Source of the DNA: a virus
Lineage: Duplodnaviria; Caudoviricetes
IMG/VR virus record: IMGVR_UViG_3300012953_000012
Coordinates: 1-64,000 of that record
Length of the DNA stretch: 64,000 bases
Reading direction: 5' to 3' (one strand)
Shown: positions 1 to 9,250 of the stretch, piece after piece
How positions within the stretch are numbered: the first letter of the stretch is position 1
Layout: every line of letters begins with the position of its first letter
Notes under the pieces: generated by a model
The model's database searches: none
Told to the model about the DNA's origin: nothing
The model's input: only the letters and a program-made list of their open reading frames with translations
Position numbers and translations under genes: made by a program

Positions 1-1998
1 TCCGACTCGGAGCGTGAGGAGCGAGAGGCCGAGCGCCTGGTCCGCCAGTCTCCGAAGTTGAAGCCGCCCCGCCGCGACAAGGAGCGAGGCAGGATCAAAG
101 ACACTGATCCCGACACCGACCCAGACGAGAAGCAGGATCGGAAGGACCGGTCGAACAACTACAAGGATGCCGCAGTGGCGAAGGCCATGCGGAAGTACCT
201 GGCCCTGACCGCAGGTTCAGCGAGGTCGAAACGCCGCCGGAAGAGGCAACCCTCATCCAGTGAGGTTGCTCGACGGAAGCAGCAGTCCGACGCCGCGAAG
301 GCAAAGAACCCGAAGCGTAAGGCCCCACCGAAACTCAAGGAGGCCCCCGCACCGAGTGGCGGGCGTCAGGAACGCAACGTCGGAGACACCTGGAAGGTAG
401 ACGACAAGTGGTCCGCAAAGGGCAAGGACGGCACTGAGTCGGGCTTTGCGTCCCAGGAAGCCGCGAAGGCGTGGCTGTCCGGCGGCCCGAAGCCGGGTGC
501 GTCCGGTGATGCCGCTGCTGACTCCTCCCCCGCCACTGACTCAGGGTCCGGCTCACCTGGTTCGGCCCCGAGCCCTGACAAGAAGCCTCTGACCCGGAAG
601 CAGAAGAGGGAGATGGTGGACGCCCTCGTTGCAGATCTGGCGAAGGGTGCAGCAGCCGTCCTGAGCAAACTCCCGGAAGACCTCCTCAAGGAAGTCCGGG
701 ATGCCCTCGGTGAACCCGCACGGGCCGTCGTGGACGCCGTGTTGGGTGTTGGCACGGAGGCTCTTCAGGAACGGGCGACCTTCGCCGAAGCCACGTTGAA
801 GCGTGTACCCACAAGCAAGCGCCCGACCGCCGAGCAGATTGACTCCGCTGAGGAACTGTTGGCGGATGACGACAATGACCTGGAGGCGTTGCGGGACCAG
901 TTGGACGACCTGGAGGTCTCAGGGGTCAAGGATCCCACCAAGATCAAAGCCGTCAAGGCGAAGATCAAGGGGATCGAAACCGCCGAAAAGATCGTCAAGG
1001 CCGCTGAGGAGTGGGCCAACGCACCCTCTCCCGCAGAAATCGCAGAGTCTCTCGTGGCTCTCAGGTCAGTCGAGGTCCGCAACGACCCTCTCTTGCTGGA
1101 CCTTTCTAACCCCATCACCAACCTCTCCACGGACCCCCTGAACCTGGAGGGTGATCCTCAAAAGCAGTTCATGGGTGAGATGGGCGACCTCACGGCATCA
1201 ACCGCCGCCGAGTACCGGGCGATGTCCAAGAAGGACCGCGATACGCACAGGCGCGGGTTGGCGGATCACATGCAGGCGTTGGAAGACAAGGGCCGCACCG
1301 ACACGAAGCAGTACCACCACACCCTCGCTCAGATGCGGGGCCTCCAGATGGCAACCGCACTGGAAGATGGTGACGATGCCACTGGAGTCTCAGCGGAGTT
1401 TCAGACCTTCCTCAAGGCCGCCCAGTCTCAAGGCGCAGAGGTGCTGGACAAGTTCATCAAACTCAATGTCACCGGAGCCGCCGAAGGGGACGTAGGTGCC
1501 CAACAGCAGTTTCGGGATGTCCTTCGCGGGGTGCCTCCTGCGGAACTCAGGGCGATGGTCCCCAAAGACAACCCGGCTGCCGAAACCCTCGACATGATCA
1601 CAGGGGCACACCTCACAGGCAAGAAGAAGGACCTGTGGTTGGGCAGCATGGACGACGAGACCCGGCAGTTGCTCCAGGAGCACGCCGAGGACATGATCAT
1701 GGATGAGATCATGTTCACGGACATGGATCTCGTCCGGGCCGGAAAGTCGGTGGGCCAGCAGAAGAAGAAAAGCGGCAAGCAGAAGAAGCAGACCGCCGAG
1801 CGGGCAACGCGGAGAGGTAGGAAGCACAAGTCCGTCCTCGATCAACTACGCAAGAAGTGGGCGAAGATGCGTAACCAAACCCTCCACTCTCTTTCTTCGG
1901 CCCTCTTCGGCTCACCTCCCAAATCCCCGTCCACAGCAAAGACCGCTGACCTCAACGCCCTCCAGGCGTATGACTTTCACCCCTGGGGGACCCTTTGA
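1..1998 (+). CDS. Large charged hypothetical protein, 5'-truncated (possible internal head protein)
   Basis: Frame is open from position 1 (SDSEREEREAERLVRQSPKLKPPRRD...) to TGA at 1996-1998, with host-like GC3 codon usage. Basic N- and C-terminal tracts; KTAD near the C-terminus. Lies directly upstream of the head module. Confidence 0.8.
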   Translation, partial: SDSEREEREAERLVRQSPKLKPPRRDKERGRIKDTDPDTDPDEKQDRKDRSNNYKDAAVAKAMRKYLALTAGSARSKRRRKRQPSSSEVARRKQQSDAAKAKNPKRKAPPKLKEAPAPSGGRQERNVGDTWKVDDKWSAKGKDGTESGFASQEAAKAWLSGGPKPGASGDAAADSSPATDSGSGSPGSAPSPDKKPLTRKQKREMVDALVADLAKGAAAVLSKLPEDLLKEVRDALGEPARAVVDAVLGVGTEALQERATFAEATLKRVPTSKRPTAEQIDSAEELLADDDNDLEALRDQLDDLEVSGVKDPTKIKAVKAKIKGIETAEKIVKAAEEWANAPSPAEIAESLVALRSVEVRNDPLLLDLSNPITNLSTDPLNLEGDPQKQFMGEMGDLTASTAAEYRAMSKKDRDTHRRGLADHMQALEDKGRTDTKQYHHTLAQMRGLQMATALEDGDDATGVSAEFQTFLKAAQSQGAEVLDKFIKLNVTGAAEGDVGAQQQFRDVLRGVPPAELRAMVPKDNPAAETLDMITGAHLTGKKKDLWLGSMDDETRQLLQEHAEDMIMDEIMFTDMDLVRAGKSVGQQKKKSGKQKKQTAERATRRGRKHKSVLDQLRKKWAKMRNQTLHSLSSALFGSPPKSPSTAKTADLNALQAYDFHPWGTL

Positions 1999-2031
1999 CC
2001 CCTCAGAGTAGAAATCCTCCCCGGTAGGGTT

Positions 2032-2046
2032 TCTATAGTGCTGCCC
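2032..2046 (+). promoter_or_regulatory. Putative late promoter motif CGGT-N7-CTAT
   Basis: cggt agggttt ctat, GGGTA 13 nt downstream, 59 nt before ATG 2106. One of 13 copies. Confidence 0.65.
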
Positions 2047-2105
2047 TATGGGTAGGACTTGTTGTGCAAGCCCTTACCGGGAATCCACCTCTTTCGGAGA
2101 ACACC

Positions 2106-2540
2106 ATGGCCAAACTGACCCGACAGGGAGCACGCAATCTGACTGCTACCCTCGACCGCATCGCTTCCGCAGTACAGGAAAACCCTGCACTGCTCGGCAT
2201 TGACATCAAAATCGCAAAGGACTTCGCGTACCGTTGTGATCTCATCTCGGACGCTGTTGAGCGTACCGCTGTCACCAACTTTCCGAAGCAGGCTGACATC
2301 AACAGTGCTGTTCCCAGTGCAGGCGGCGAGTACGACACCGCGAAGCCTGGCATCGAGAAGGAAATCGGCGCTGAGGTCAAGGGTCCCATCTATGAGGAAG
2401 ACCCCTCGGACGATCAGGACATCAAGGGCCACTTCACCCAGGCTGACTTTCATCAGTTGACCGAACTGGCCGAGAAGTTGAAGACCGCCGCCCGCAACGG
2501 CACGGTCGTCAGCGACCACGGATTCAACCTCACCAAGTAG
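2106..2540 (+). CDS. Hypothetical head-module protein (144 aa)
   Basis: GGAGA RBS then ATG 2106; contains KQAD and KTAA motifs; first gene of the protease/scaffold operon. Confidence 0.8.
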   Translation: MAKLTRQGARNLTATLDRIASAVQENPALLGIDIKIAKDFAYRCDLISDAVERTAVTNFPKQADINSAVPSAGGEYDTAKPGIEKEIGAEVKGPIYEEDPSDDQDIKGHFTQADFHQLTELAEKLKTAARNGTVVSDHGFNLTK

Positions 2541-2548
2541 GAGGCACC

Positions 2549-3124
2549 GTGCGTCGGTTTGCCGAAAACTACGTCAACTACCAAGAGCGGGCCACCGAGT
2601 TTTCTGTCGGAGACGTCGTGGTGCCGTTTGGCCTGTGGGATTCCCAGAGCGGTCGTGTCACGGCTGTGTGGCCTGCTATTGGTATGGTGGATGTAGAGTT
2701 CCCATCCGGCAACGCACGCTTCCCCGTCGAGGAACTTCAGCGCATGGGCGCTGATGGACAGGCCGAACCGCCCAGAACGGACTCCGCTCCGGGCGGGGGT
2801 GGGTCTGTTTCTGTGCCGGGTGGTCCGTACCCAGACAAGAAGAAGGCGGCCAATCGTGTGGCGCGGGCGTTCGTCAAGCAGTCCCTCTACTGGGCGCAGA
2901 AGGACCGCCAGTACCGCATGACCGGTCCCGAGAGCGCAGCGGGGAACCCCAACTGTCCAAAGTGTCCTGAGATCCCGCTGAAGCGGGCGATCTACAAACG
3001 CCGGGACGGCTCCAGCGAACGCCTTCAAGGCTGCCCTGGCTGCATGTTCCTCATCAAGGACGCGGACATCGTGAACTTCGGCCCTATCAGTGCCGAGGAG
3101 ATCGAGATCGAGGGGCAGGACTGA
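2549..3124 (+). CDS. Hypothetical protein with SH3-like N-terminus and C-terminal CxxC...CxxC zinc finger
   Basis: GGAGG RBS then GTG. FSVGDVV...GRVTAVWPAIGMVDVEF beta-barrel pattern; CPKC...CPGC; NRVARAFVKQS motif. Stop overlaps the next ATG. Confidence 0.8.
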   Translation: MRRFAENYVNYQERATEFSVGDVVVPFGLWDSQSGRVTAVWPAIGMVDVEFPSGNARFPVEELQRMGADGQAEPPRTDSAPGGGGSVSVPGGPYPDKKKAANRVARAFVKQSLYWAQKDRQYRMTGPESAAGNPNCPKCPEIPLKRAIYKRRDGSSERLQGCPGCMFLIKDADIVNFGPISAEEIEIEGQD

Positions 3125-4563
3125 TGGCGTTCCTCAAACGTGCCAATGCTATGGTCGTCCACCCCCGCATCTCTGGACGCGGTTGGGGCGGCATCCGCAA
3201 AACGGCTTCGGCAGGCTCCTCCCGGAACCTGACCGACCAGGCGCGGGAAATCCTCGGAGGATCACTGTCCTCCGACGACTACCTGGTCACGCACTGCACC
3301 ATCGTGGCGTCTGTAGACACCGACAAGGCCCCCAACGTGAAGTTGGGCAACGTCAAGGTCGGCACCCAGACGGTCAACAGACAGTGGGACGACTACCTGA
3401 TCAAGCCCTCGTCCTCCCAGTTTGTGAACAACAACGGCGACTCGTGGAGCCGCCCGGTGCTGAGGATGGCGTACCCGACCTTTATTGGGGCGCACAACTT
3501 CCGTGAGCACGTCCAGATCGAGGACCAGTCGAAGGGTCGGATCATCGACGCCTGTGCTCGTGACATCGGTGATTCCCTCTATGTGGACATCCTGGTTGCC
3601 ACGAACAAGAAGCACGCGGCGCTCGTCCAGGACATCCAGTCAGGCAAGATGGCGACCCTCTCCATGGGTTGCACAACTGACTTCACGACTTGCTCTAAGT
3701 GCGGTCACTTCGCTGTGGACGAGACCCAGTTGTGTGATCACATCAAGTACGCGAAACTCAACACCTTCATGGACGATTCCGGCCAGAAGCGTGTGATCGC
3801 AGAACTCTGTGGACACCAGTCCTACAACGAGAACCCGGACGCCCCTGGTGGGGTCAGGTTCATCGAGGCTTCCTGGGTCGCGGTTCCTGCGTTCCCCGGT
3901 GCCGTGATGCGGAACATCCTTGATCCCAGCGCGGCGTCCGATGACCAGGTTCGCAAAGTGCTCGCCTCCCCTCCCCCTCAGTGGTCAGACCACGCGGTCG
4001 CAAAGGCCGCGTCCATGTCGGCCCTTGCCTTCGACTTCGGTGGTGGCGGGGATGATGAGGACGACGCCCCTGCAAAGGACGAGAAGCCGTCGCCCCCGTT
4101 TCAGGGGATCGAAGATGCGGTGTACGAAGCCCTCAAGGTCCGGGTCAAGGAGCGCCTGGAGCGTGATCTCGCCCAGAAGGCTGTTGAGGATTCTGAGCCG
4201 GAACCTGATGGCACAATGGAGCCGAACGACTCCATCATCAAGGAAGGTCGAGCGCACTCGACTTCAGTCAAAGCACTTGTTCGTGTAGCCTCCTCCGAGG
4301 TCGCTCTTGTAGACGGTATTGCTTCCGTTGACGCCGCACATGGTGTCAAGGTTGCACGCCACCTCTACAGGGTCGCCCTGGCAGCGGGCGTCCCCACCGA
4401 ACACCCTTCTCTTGACCGTTACCTGTTTGCCTGTAAGAAGGCGGCGGGCCGGGATCTGAGTACTGCCGAAATCCGGGTTGTTGTCCGGGTCGGCACCCTG
4501 TTGGCCCAATGGGCTGACAATAACAACCCCAAACCCCACTATCCTATGAGGAGACTGCCATGA
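3124..4563 (+). CDS. Prohead (capsid maturation) serine protease, HK97/S78-like, with zinc-binding insert
   Basis: GAHNFREH (His), TLSMGC (catalytic Ser context) and FIEASWVAVPAF (matches the E-x-S-x-V-x-x-P-A signature of caudoviral prohead proteases). CSKC...CDH insert. Sits upstream of scaffold and MCP. Confidence 0.8.
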   Translation: MAFLKRANAMVVHPRISGRGWGGIRKTASAGSSRNLTDQAREILGGSLSSDDYLVTHCTIVASVDTDKAPNVKLGNVKVGTQTVNRQWDDYLIKPSSSQFVNNNGDSWSRPVLRMAYPTFIGAHNFREHVQIEDQSKGRIIDACARDIGDSLYVDILVATNKKHAALVQDIQSGKMATLSMGCTTDFTTCSKCGHFAVDETQLCDHIKYAKLNTFMDDSGQKRVIAELCGHQSYNENPDAPGGVRFIEASWVAVPAFPGAVMRNILDPSAASDDQVRKVLASPPPQWSDHAVAKAASMSALAFDFGGGGDDEDDAPAKDEKPSPPFQGIEDAVYEALKVRVKERLERDLAQKAVEDSEPEPDGTMEPNDSIIKEGRAHSTSVKALVRVASSEVALVDGIASVDAAHGVKVARHLYRVALAAGVPTEHPSLDRYLFACKKAAGRDLSTAEIRVVVRVGTLLAQWADNNNPKPHYPMRRLP

Positions 4564-6074
4564 GCCGTCAACGAATGACTTGGACAGACGCTGGGGTGTC
4601 TCGGCACGCCTCCGAGCACCCTGCAACCCCTGACGAGGGACCCGCTTCCCCCGCTCACAAGGCCCAGCCCGGCCCCGACGCCTACAAGAGTGGAGACACT
4701 TCTTCCTGGGCTGAGGACGTGCATCCTGGCCCCTACGAGAACGGTGAGCATCCTGCCACCCCCGACGAGGGACCTGCCAGCCCTGCCTACAAGGCTGCCG
4801 CCCTGGAGCGCAAGGCTGCAAAGTGCATCCGCCTCGCTACCGCCATGCTCGGTGAGGGCGCTACCGTCGCCGCCATCGAGAACCAGGCCCTGGAACTGAT
4901 GGACCTTCCTGACCGTTCGATCAAGGCCAGCCTCTCCCGGCTCGCTGAGGACGCCGACGAAGCCATCGACGATGACGACGCCGCCGAAGCCGAGGCCGAT
5001 CTCGCTGAGGAAGGCAAGAAGAAGGCTTCTGTCTCCGACCGCATCGCTCGCCTTGAGCGCGTGCTTGTCAAGTTGGCTGAGTCCGAAGACCCTGAAGGTG
5101 ACGGCGACGACTCCGAGTCCGAGGACCCCGAGGGTGATGACGACGACGACGGCAGCGAAGACCCCGGCGAAGACGAGGACATGAAGAAGTCCGCGTCCGA
5201 CGACGACGACGACGAGGACGACGAATCCATGCAGAAGAAGTCGGCCCTTGAGCGCCGCATGGACCGCATCGAGCGCGTCCTGCATCGCCTGGCTGCGGGC
5301 AAGGACGACGGTGAGTCGAAGGGCGACCAGTCCAAGACCCACATCGACTACGCCAACGCGAAGGACGGCGACAAGGAGACTGGCCACGGCGAGTCTGCTG
5401 GTGACCAGTCGAAGTCCCACGAGGACTACGAAGGCAAGAAGGCTTCCGACGACGACGACGAGTCCATGGATGACGAAGAGTCGAAGAAGAAGGCTGGCTG
5501 GGAGCCGGGTCACCGTGCCGAAGGCGGCTGGGACCCCGGTCACATGGAGTCCATGAGCGACGACGAGTCCATGCTGGAAGAGATGATGCTGGAAGAGATG
5601 CTTGCCGAGGAAAGCATGGATCAGAATGATCCCGAGGCTTTCTACGGTGATGATCCTTCCGGTGACGGTGTTCCTGAGATCATCGAGGCCGAAGGCGTCG
5701 TTGAGTCCATGATGGACCCCATGGGCCTGGACGACGAGATCGTGGAGGAGGATGACATGATGATCCTCGCTTCCCTTTTCGGCAAGGAAGCCGACCTCAA
5801 GGACGAGGACAAGAAGGAGAAGGAAGACCACGAGAAGGGTGCTGTCGCTGACGACAAGGACCACATCAAGAAGTTGGAGAAGGACGAGGCCGAAGACGCA
5901 AAGGACCTGGAGAAGGACGAGGAGTCGAAGAAGAAGGCTTCCCTCCGTCCCCAGCCGAAGCGGGCCAGCACCGGGGCGAAGACCCTGGGTGGTGTGTCGA
6001 AGGAAGCGGCTTCTGAGGTCGGTGATCTCAGCAAGTTGTGGGATTCGGCTCCTGACGTGTCTCGCTTCTTCTAA
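4560..6074 (+). CDS. Capsid scaffold-like acidic protein with internal repeats
   Basis: Extremely D/E-rich, coiled-coil segments (RIARLERVL, RMDRIERVL), lies between protease and capsid genes; repeated KKAS/KEA motifs. Confidence 0.7.
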   Translation: MSRQRMTWTDAGVSRHASEHPATPDEGPASPAHKAQPGPDAYKSGDTSSWAEDVHPGPYENGEHPATPDEGPASPAYKAAALERKAAKCIRLATAMLGEGATVAAIENQALELMDLPDRSIKASLSRLAEDADEAIDDDDAAEAEADLAEEGKKKASVSDRIARLERVLVKLAESEDPEGDGDDSESEDPEGDDDDDGSEDPGEDEDMKKSASDDDDDEDDESMQKKSALERRMDRIERVLHRLAAGKDDGESKGDQSKTHIDYANAKDGDKETGHGESAGDQSKSHEDYEGKKASDDDDESMDDEESKKKAGWEPGHRAEGGWDPGHMESMSDDESMLEEMMLEEMLAEESMDQNDPEAFYGDDPSGDGVPEIIEAEGVVESMMDPMGLDDEIVEEDDMMILASLFGKEADLKDEDKKEKEDHEKGAVADDKDHIKKLEKDEAEDAKDLEKDEESKKKASLRPQPKRASTGAKTLGGVSKEAASEVGDLSKLWDSAPDVSRFF

Positions 6075-6095
6075 GGAAGTACGGCCAACAGGCCA

Positions 6096-6131
6096 AAACG
6101 CCCTGCCGGGATCCCTCCCGGCAGGGCGTTT
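6096..6131 (+). terminator. Intrinsic terminator hairpin
   Basis: 15-bp perfect stem aaacgccctgccggg / cccggcagggcgttt just after the scaffold stop. Confidence 0.75.
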
Positions 6132-6186
6132 GCTCGTTCCGGTCCTGACTTTGCATCACAGGGGTCAGACTTTTCGCCCTGAGTTT

Positions 6187-6201
6187 CAATAGCCCTCCTA
6201 T
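6187..6201 (+). promoter_or_regulatory. Putative late promoter motif CAAT-N7-CTAT (decoration/MCP operon)
   Basis: caat agccctc ctat, GGGTA 12 nt downstream, immediately after a terminator. Confidence 0.6.
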
Positions 6202-6314
6202 ATCAACCCATAAGGGTAGGACGTTCGCGTTCTACTGCTTCGGAAGCACCCTGCTCTCGGAGCGTTGAAACAACCCCGCCCCTGTAAACAGGGAGCATAG
6301 GCCCGGAGATAATC

Positions 6315-6926
6315 ATGGCTTTGCTTGGACAGGCGAGTGGTGGATGGACTGAAAGTTCCTCGGCCCTGCGTCTTTTGCACGTTGGGATTCGGAACACGGT
6401 CGGAATCCTCACCACCGATGCTTTCACCCAGACCAACCCCCCCGACGCGGCGACGTTCACGACCAGCACCAGTGCTGGCATGGACACCGCAACCCTCGGA
6501 GTCCTCAGCGGCTCTGTGGCGTTCACCCGTGGCGATGCCGCTGGTGGTTCCAACGAGATCGGCGGCCCCGGTGCTGTTGCTCCCGGAACCGCTGGAGTCG
6601 TCGAACTGGGCGTCTTCATCAACACCGCAGTCGGAAACGCCTACGAGAACACCCCCGGCCCCGCAAGTGGCAAGGGTCCGTACATGTCCGGCCAGGGCAC
6701 CTACGCGAACAGCCTCTATGAGACCAGCAACGCTGCTGGAGCCGTCACCTACACGACTGGCGATTCTCTGGCTGCCTCGATCAACGGCTACCTGATCTCG
6801 TCCAGCGCGACCTCCGGGTCGGCCAACGCTGACTACTTCTGTGGTGCTACCGCAGTGCTCATGGGCATTCTCAAGATGCCTGCTGACGCTGTGCAGCCCG
6901 AAATCGTCTACGACCAGCGTATCTGA
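6315..6926 (+). CDS. Capsid decoration/cement protein (putative)
   Basis: 203 aa, G/A/T-rich beta protein directly upstream of the MCP; GGAGA RBS. Confidence 0.6.
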   Translation: MALLGQASGGWTESSSALRLLHVGIRNTVGILTTDAFTQTNPPDAATFTTSTSAGMDTATLGVLSGSVAFTRGDAAGGSNEIGGPGAVAPGTAGVVELGVFINTAVGNAYENTPGPASGKGPYMSGQGTYANSLYETSNAAGAVTYTTGDSLAASINGYLISSSATSGSANADYFCGATAVLMGILKMPADAVQPEIVYDQRI

Positions 6927-6960
6927 TCAACTTCCAACCTCAACTCTTAGGAGACATCCC

Positions 6961-7833
6961 ATGTCTGTGAACAACAGCGTAAAGGCGAAGTTGATCAGCG
7001 AGTACATCGGCACTGCTGCCGGTCGTGCGAAGTTGGCTGCTTCAATGACCCAACCCCTGCGACTCCGTCGCGATTACATGGCCGTAGGCCGAAAGACATT
7101 TCTCGTGGAGCAGTTGCCTGACGGCGCTCTCCCGATTTATGACAAGGATGCGGACGTCACCGCATACGTCGTTGGTGAGGAAGGTGAGAACATCATCGCC
7201 GTCACCAAGCCTCGTCGTGTGATCTTCCCGCTCTTTGAGATCGCGTCGAACCCCGAGATCCCGCTCACGCAGATCAAGGAACGTCGCTTCGACCTCATTG
7301 AGCGTGCTCAGGATCTTGCTCGCGCACAGATCCAGGCAGCGGAAGACGAGCGTGTCTTCGCCGTCCTCGATGCCATCGCCACCAACGGCTTCGACAGCGT
7401 GGGAGCCGTCAACGCGGACATCCCCGTCGTCGCTCCCCTCAGTGGTGATGTCCTGGCCGACGCATTCAGCCTGATCGAACGTCATGACCTGCGAGTTGCT
7501 CGCGTGTTCATGAACGCTCGCGACTACGCTGACCTGCGGAAGTTTGGACGCGACATCCTGGACATCGAGACCCAGCGTGACCTGCTCAAGACTGGTCTGA
7601 TGGCTACCCTTTGGGGCGCTCAGATCATCGTCAGCCGCCTGGTCCCTGTCGGAACCGTCTACGTCTGCTGCGAGCCGGAAATGTTTGGTCGGATGCCTGT
7701 CCGTACCGAACTGACCGTCCTCAGCGCCGACGATCCGAAGGCCCGCACCATCGGTTTCTCATGCTTTGAGAACCTGGGTATCGGCGCGTTCAACCCTCGC
7801 GGTCTGGCCCGTCTGACCATCACTCGTCCGTAG
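6961..7833 (+). CDS. Major capsid protein (HK97 fold)
   Basis: AGGAG RBS then ATG 6961, 290 aa. Spine-helix pattern FEIASNPEIPLTQIKERRFDLIERAQDLARAQIQAAEDERVF; strongly biased codons; followed by a strong terminator; canonical protease-scaffold-decoration-MCP order. Confidence 0.85.
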   Translation: MSVNNSVKAKLISEYIGTAAGRAKLAASMTQPLRLRRDYMAVGRKTFLVEQLPDGALPIYDKDADVTAYVVGEEGENIIAVTKPRRVIFPLFEIASNPEIPLTQIKERRFDLIERAQDLARAQIQAAEDERVFAVLDAIATNGFDSVGAVNADIPVVAPLSGDVLADAFSLIERHDLRVARVFMNARDYADLRKFGRDILDIETQRDLLKTGLMATLWGAQIIVSRLVPVGTVYVCCEPEMFGRMPVRTELTVLSADDPKARTIGFSCFENLGIGAFNPRGLARLTITRP

Positions 7834-7867
7834 TCTCTGACTTCTGACGGGGGGTCGATGATCCCTT

Positions 7868-7907
7868 GAAGCCCTCCGATCTTCGGATCGGAGGGCTTCT
7901 TCGTTTT
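7868..7907 (+). terminator. Intrinsic terminator with cUUCGg tetraloop
   Basis: 14-bp stem gaagccctccgatc / gatcggagggcttc, TTCG loop, TTCGTTTT tail. Confidence 0.9.
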
Positions 7908-7911
7908 GGGG

Positions 7912-7940
7912 TTGACGGGTCTCCGTCATCCTCGTAGCCT
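7912..7940 (+). promoter_or_regulatory. Host sigma70-like promoter
   Basis: TTGACG-17 nt-TAGCCT immediately after the MCP terminator. Confidence 0.55.
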
Positions 7941-7946
7941 GCATGG

Positions 7947-8263
7947 GCCGCTGCCCCTCCCCCCCACTCCGCAGCGGCACCCTGAGACCCTTCGACCCGC
8001 GAGCAGTCTGCCGTAGTAGCGCCGTGAGACGAAGGTGGGACCGCCGGGCCGATCCCCCGGCGGTCCCTCTCTCGGGGGCGTCATGTCTCGTGAGCACTGC
8101 CCGCTGTTGTTGTCTGCAACCATGAGAGGGGTGTTCCACTCGCCTTACTGAACCGGTCCATACGACCTCCTTCAATAAGCAAGACGGCGCAAGCCTTCGT
8201 CGGCGGACAACCAGGACGAAAAAACTTTGAGCCCGTCTGTCAGTACCCCTTCGATGGGTACTG
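7947..8263 (+). ncRNA. Structured intergenic RNA / long leader candidate
   Basis: Three hairpins (7947-7978, 8037-8067, 8241-8263) in a ~340-nt region with no convincing ORF, downstream of a sigma70-like promoter. Confidence 0.3.
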
Positions 8264-8283
8264 TCACGGGTGTAGGAGTTGCC

Positions 8284-8889
8284 GTGCGAATCGCTGTCTC
8301 AGGAACCATTGGAGCAGGGAAGTCCACCCTGTGTGCCCACCTTTCAACCGCCCTCAAGTACGAGGTGTTTGAAGAACCTGTGGCAGACAACCCGTACCTG
8401 GAAGACTTCTACGCCGACCCGCACCGCTGGGCCTTTGACGCCCAGGTGTTCATGATCTCGCATCGGTTCCGGCGGCAGATGGAGGCTGTTCATGCAGCCG
8501 AGAACAAAGGCTTCCTGCTGGACCGCTGCTTCCACGAGGACCGGGTGTTCGCAGAGGTCAACCACGAGATCGGCCACATCAGTGACCGTGATTGGAGCAC
8601 CTACCTGCACTTGTACGAGTCCTTCTGCCGGATCGTCCCACCCCCGGAGGTCATCATCTACCTCCAGACTGACCCCACGGTCGCCATGGGCCGCATTCAA
8701 AGCCGGGGTCGGGGATCAGAGCAGGAGATCCCCATGGACTACATGGTTCGGCTCCATGCGGCCTACGAACGCTGGGCTGAGGACCTGGCAGCGAGGACAC
8801 GGGTGCTGACGGTTCCGTGGAATGACTACAACACCCCAGGTTGGCGTGAGGTCTACGAGCAGGTGCTGTTGACTACTCCAGCGTCTTGA
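8284..8889 (+). CDS. Deoxynucleoside kinase (dNK/dGK family)
   Basis: AGGAG RBS then GTG 8284. P-loop GTIGAGKST; EEPVADNPYLEDFY, RWAF, DRCFHED and RIQSRGR lid motifs. Confidence 0.92.
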   Translation: MRIAVSGTIGAGKSTLCAHLSTALKYEVFEEPVADNPYLEDFYADPHRWAFDAQVFMISHRFRRQMEAVHAAENKGFLLDRCFHEDRVFAEVNHEIGHISDRDWSTYLHLYESFCRIVPPPEVIIYLQTDPTVAMGRIQSRGRGSEQEIPMDYMVRLHAAYERWAEDLAARTRVLTVPWNDYNTPGWREVYEQVLLTTPAS

Positions 8890-9247
8890 GGCGTTCGTAG
8901 ACCTGGTAGAAGTCCATGTAGTGCTCGGGGGTCGCCTCCCCGCAGAAGGGGCAGTGGATGGACGCAGGGATGTCGTCCTCGCCCAGGTACGCGGCCCATA
9001 TCGCATCACAGTTGGGGCATTGAGGCGCGATCCACGGTTGGACCAAACCCTCCTGGACCAAAACCTCTACTATAGCCTCGGCTTGGACAACCCTGATCCC
9101 GGCCTCTTTGGCCAGGCTGGCGGTCGTGAAGAAGTACTCCCCTGACAGGCGTTTCAACGCCTGAGGCCAGATTGGCTTCCCGACTGTGTCGTCCGGCGTT
9201 GGCATTTCATCCTCATCCTCGACTCCCATGAAGGATAGGAAAGCCAC
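8873..9247 (-). CDS. Winged-HTH plus zinc-ribbon protein (putative regulator)
   Basis: FTTASLAKEAGIRVVQAEAIVEVLVQEGLV HTH-like segment followed by CPNC...CPFC. Confidence 0.7.
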   Translation of the reverse strand: MAFLSFMGVEDEDEMPTPDDTVGKPIWPQALKRLSGEYFFTTASLAKEAGIRVVQAEAIVEVLVQEGLVQPWIAPQCPNCDAIWAAYLGEDDIPASIHCPFCGEATPEHYMDFYQVYERLKTLE

Positions 9248-9250
9248 CGT

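Noticed and set aside
4539-5864. 441-aa hydrophobic-looking minus-strand ORF
   Set aside because: Reverse complement of the D/E/K-rich scaffold codons gives V/L/F runs; not an independent membrane protein.
7943-8125. 60-aa plus-strand ORF in the MCP-dNK intergenic region
   Set aside because: No RBS, atypical codon usage and overlap with strong hairpins; treated as non-coding candidate instead.
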